In this document: piece after piece, positions 62,418-64,000 of the stretch | Position numbering within the stretch: position 1 is the stretch's first letter | Layout: each line of letters opens with the position of its first letter | DNA from: Lingula anatina | Lineage: Eukaryota > Animalia > Brachiopoda | Reading direction: 5' to 3' | DNA length: 64,000 bases | Assembly (NCBI GenBank): GCA_051362555.1 | Contig: CM120648.1 | Location: 5,142,587-5,206,586, forward strand | The notes under the pieces: generated by a model | Databases searched by the model: none | Seen by the model: the letters and a program-made list of their open reading frames with translations, nothing else | Told to the model about the DNA's origin: nothing | Made by a program: the position numbers and the translations under genes

Positions 62418-64000
62418 TTATATGACAAAGCGATCAAGCTCACTTACCTTAACTTCGTTGTCGATATGTGAAAACTTTTATTCTGACAAAAAACTATACA
62501 ATTTCCAGAAAAGTTAACCAATCAGACAGGTTTTCCAATTAAAGCTGTATTTTAGTACTATGTTATTTTTCTCTAAGTGTGAGGAGAGTAAGTGGCATGG
62601 TTTCCTTTATCAAATATAGTTCTTTAAAATTGCCGGTAGTCTTTTAATTGTTATTAAATGATCATGCCATGTAAACACGATAACACATGAATGCACAGTG
62701 ACAAGTCGACGGTTGTACGCACATGCTACTTCATTTTATAGTATACCGATTGGGCAGGACAGAAATACTGTGAATATGTTACATCCGTAAACTTCTGCAG
62801 TGATTGATGTGCTAAAATGCTGCGTATATGCATGCTGATCAAAGACGACAATGAACCATACTTTCCTAGGCTCTATACTGCATCATACTTTACACAGGAC
62901 GGGAATACTGTGAATATGTGTATGGAACCGAAAACGGAACTTGTTTATAATGTTTTATAGTGTTTTGGTGGCTGTGTTTATACTTACAAACAAATAAATA
63001 AGCTGAACGATAAAATTAAATGTTTTTTCCAGTCACGAGAAGAATGAATGTAGTATTTGTTAATTGTCATTGAGTGTTCTACTTTATGTTAACGTTGAGC
63101 AGTTTTTATCTTTCAATAGGTAACAATAAATAGATAATTTTTATTATGTAGGTCTATGGTTTATCGTTTTTAACGCAAATTTACAAACTTACAATTGTAA
63201 ACAGCACCACGATTAACTTGAATATAGTGCTTGGCATTGGCTTTCGATACATGGAACCTTTGATGTACATTTCATTTTACAAAACATGTCATAATTGATT
63301 TAAGAATGTGGAGAGGGGAGCGACTATTGTGTAACACATTTTGTGATGAAGTAAAGATGTGATGAAGTGAAACGTTGTTGAGATAAGCTTTTTATCGATA
63401 TGCAACATGTTAGTATACCTTGGATGGTACCTCTTCCTCTCCGCACCGTTAAACGATAATGAAGTTTCATTTTGGCTACACTAAACATTTCCGAATAATT
63501 GGTACTTCTAGTAGCCATTTTATAGAATTTTAGAATGCAAAAGACGTGATTTCAGGTTGTGCATGTATGTTTTAGAATCTGAAGGTGGGGATTTTTATTT
63601 TCATGTTGTACTAGTACATACCCGTACATACATGTGTCACTCTAAACCGAATGTGGAGTGTGTTATTTAATTAAGAGGACATTGTTATCATCATTTTCTC
63701 GAAAATTTGTAGTTTAAAAGTTCAATTGCTTGAAAAATACAAAAAATGTCGAAACGTAAAACATTAATTCACGTGTATTAATAAAACGTATATTTCTATT
63801 GTCACACCTACCAGTGCATCTTCTTAAAGTTCTATCCGCGTGTAATAAAACTAAAAACAATACTGTTTGTGTTTTTTTGCTGTCTATAATTCATATGAAT
63901 GCATTTATCCTTCGTTGAGTATGATTTTTTTTACATTACAAACATATTGTGCACTTTTTAAAGCTTTTTTCTAATTCTACACATGGAACAAGTGTCTTAA

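Noticed and set aside
62755-62920. 26-bp direct repeat (caggac.g.aatactgtgaatatgt) downstream of the GPCR
   Set aside because: Only two copies with no TIR/TSD or structure; probably a local duplication.

Overview
AT-rich, intron-containing animal genomic DNA rich in microsatellites and MITEs. It is probably a lophotrochozoan such as a mollusc; this is an inference and the species cannot be fixed from the sequence. Genes in order: first coding exon of TMEM107 (- strand), head-to-head with a complete 19-exon COPB2 (617-10369, 950 aa); FoxL2 (17750-25507, two coding exons, 6.6 kb intron, 4-aa insertion in the forkhead domain); two tandem 11-exon divergent VGLUT-like SLC17 transporters (- strand, 32618-44759 and 47823-54627); and an intronless class A GPCR with melanocortin-receptor-like features and no DRY motif (61383-62417). 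Many non-autonomous DNA transposons can be delimited by TIR/TSD (hAT-, Mutator-, Harbinger-, Tc1- and Kolobok-like, one nested), plus a Penelope-like pLTR relic with a decayed hammerhead core. Most notable: COPB2>FoxL2 order and orientation as at human 3q22-23; a decayed copy of the FoxL2 promoter/first exon inside its own intron; VGLUT-like paralogs that keep the charged core but change His/Tyr cavity residues and tail sorting motifs; and several duplicated splice junctions that create decoy sites. Exon coordinates were read by eye and checked for frame continuity; no database searches were run.
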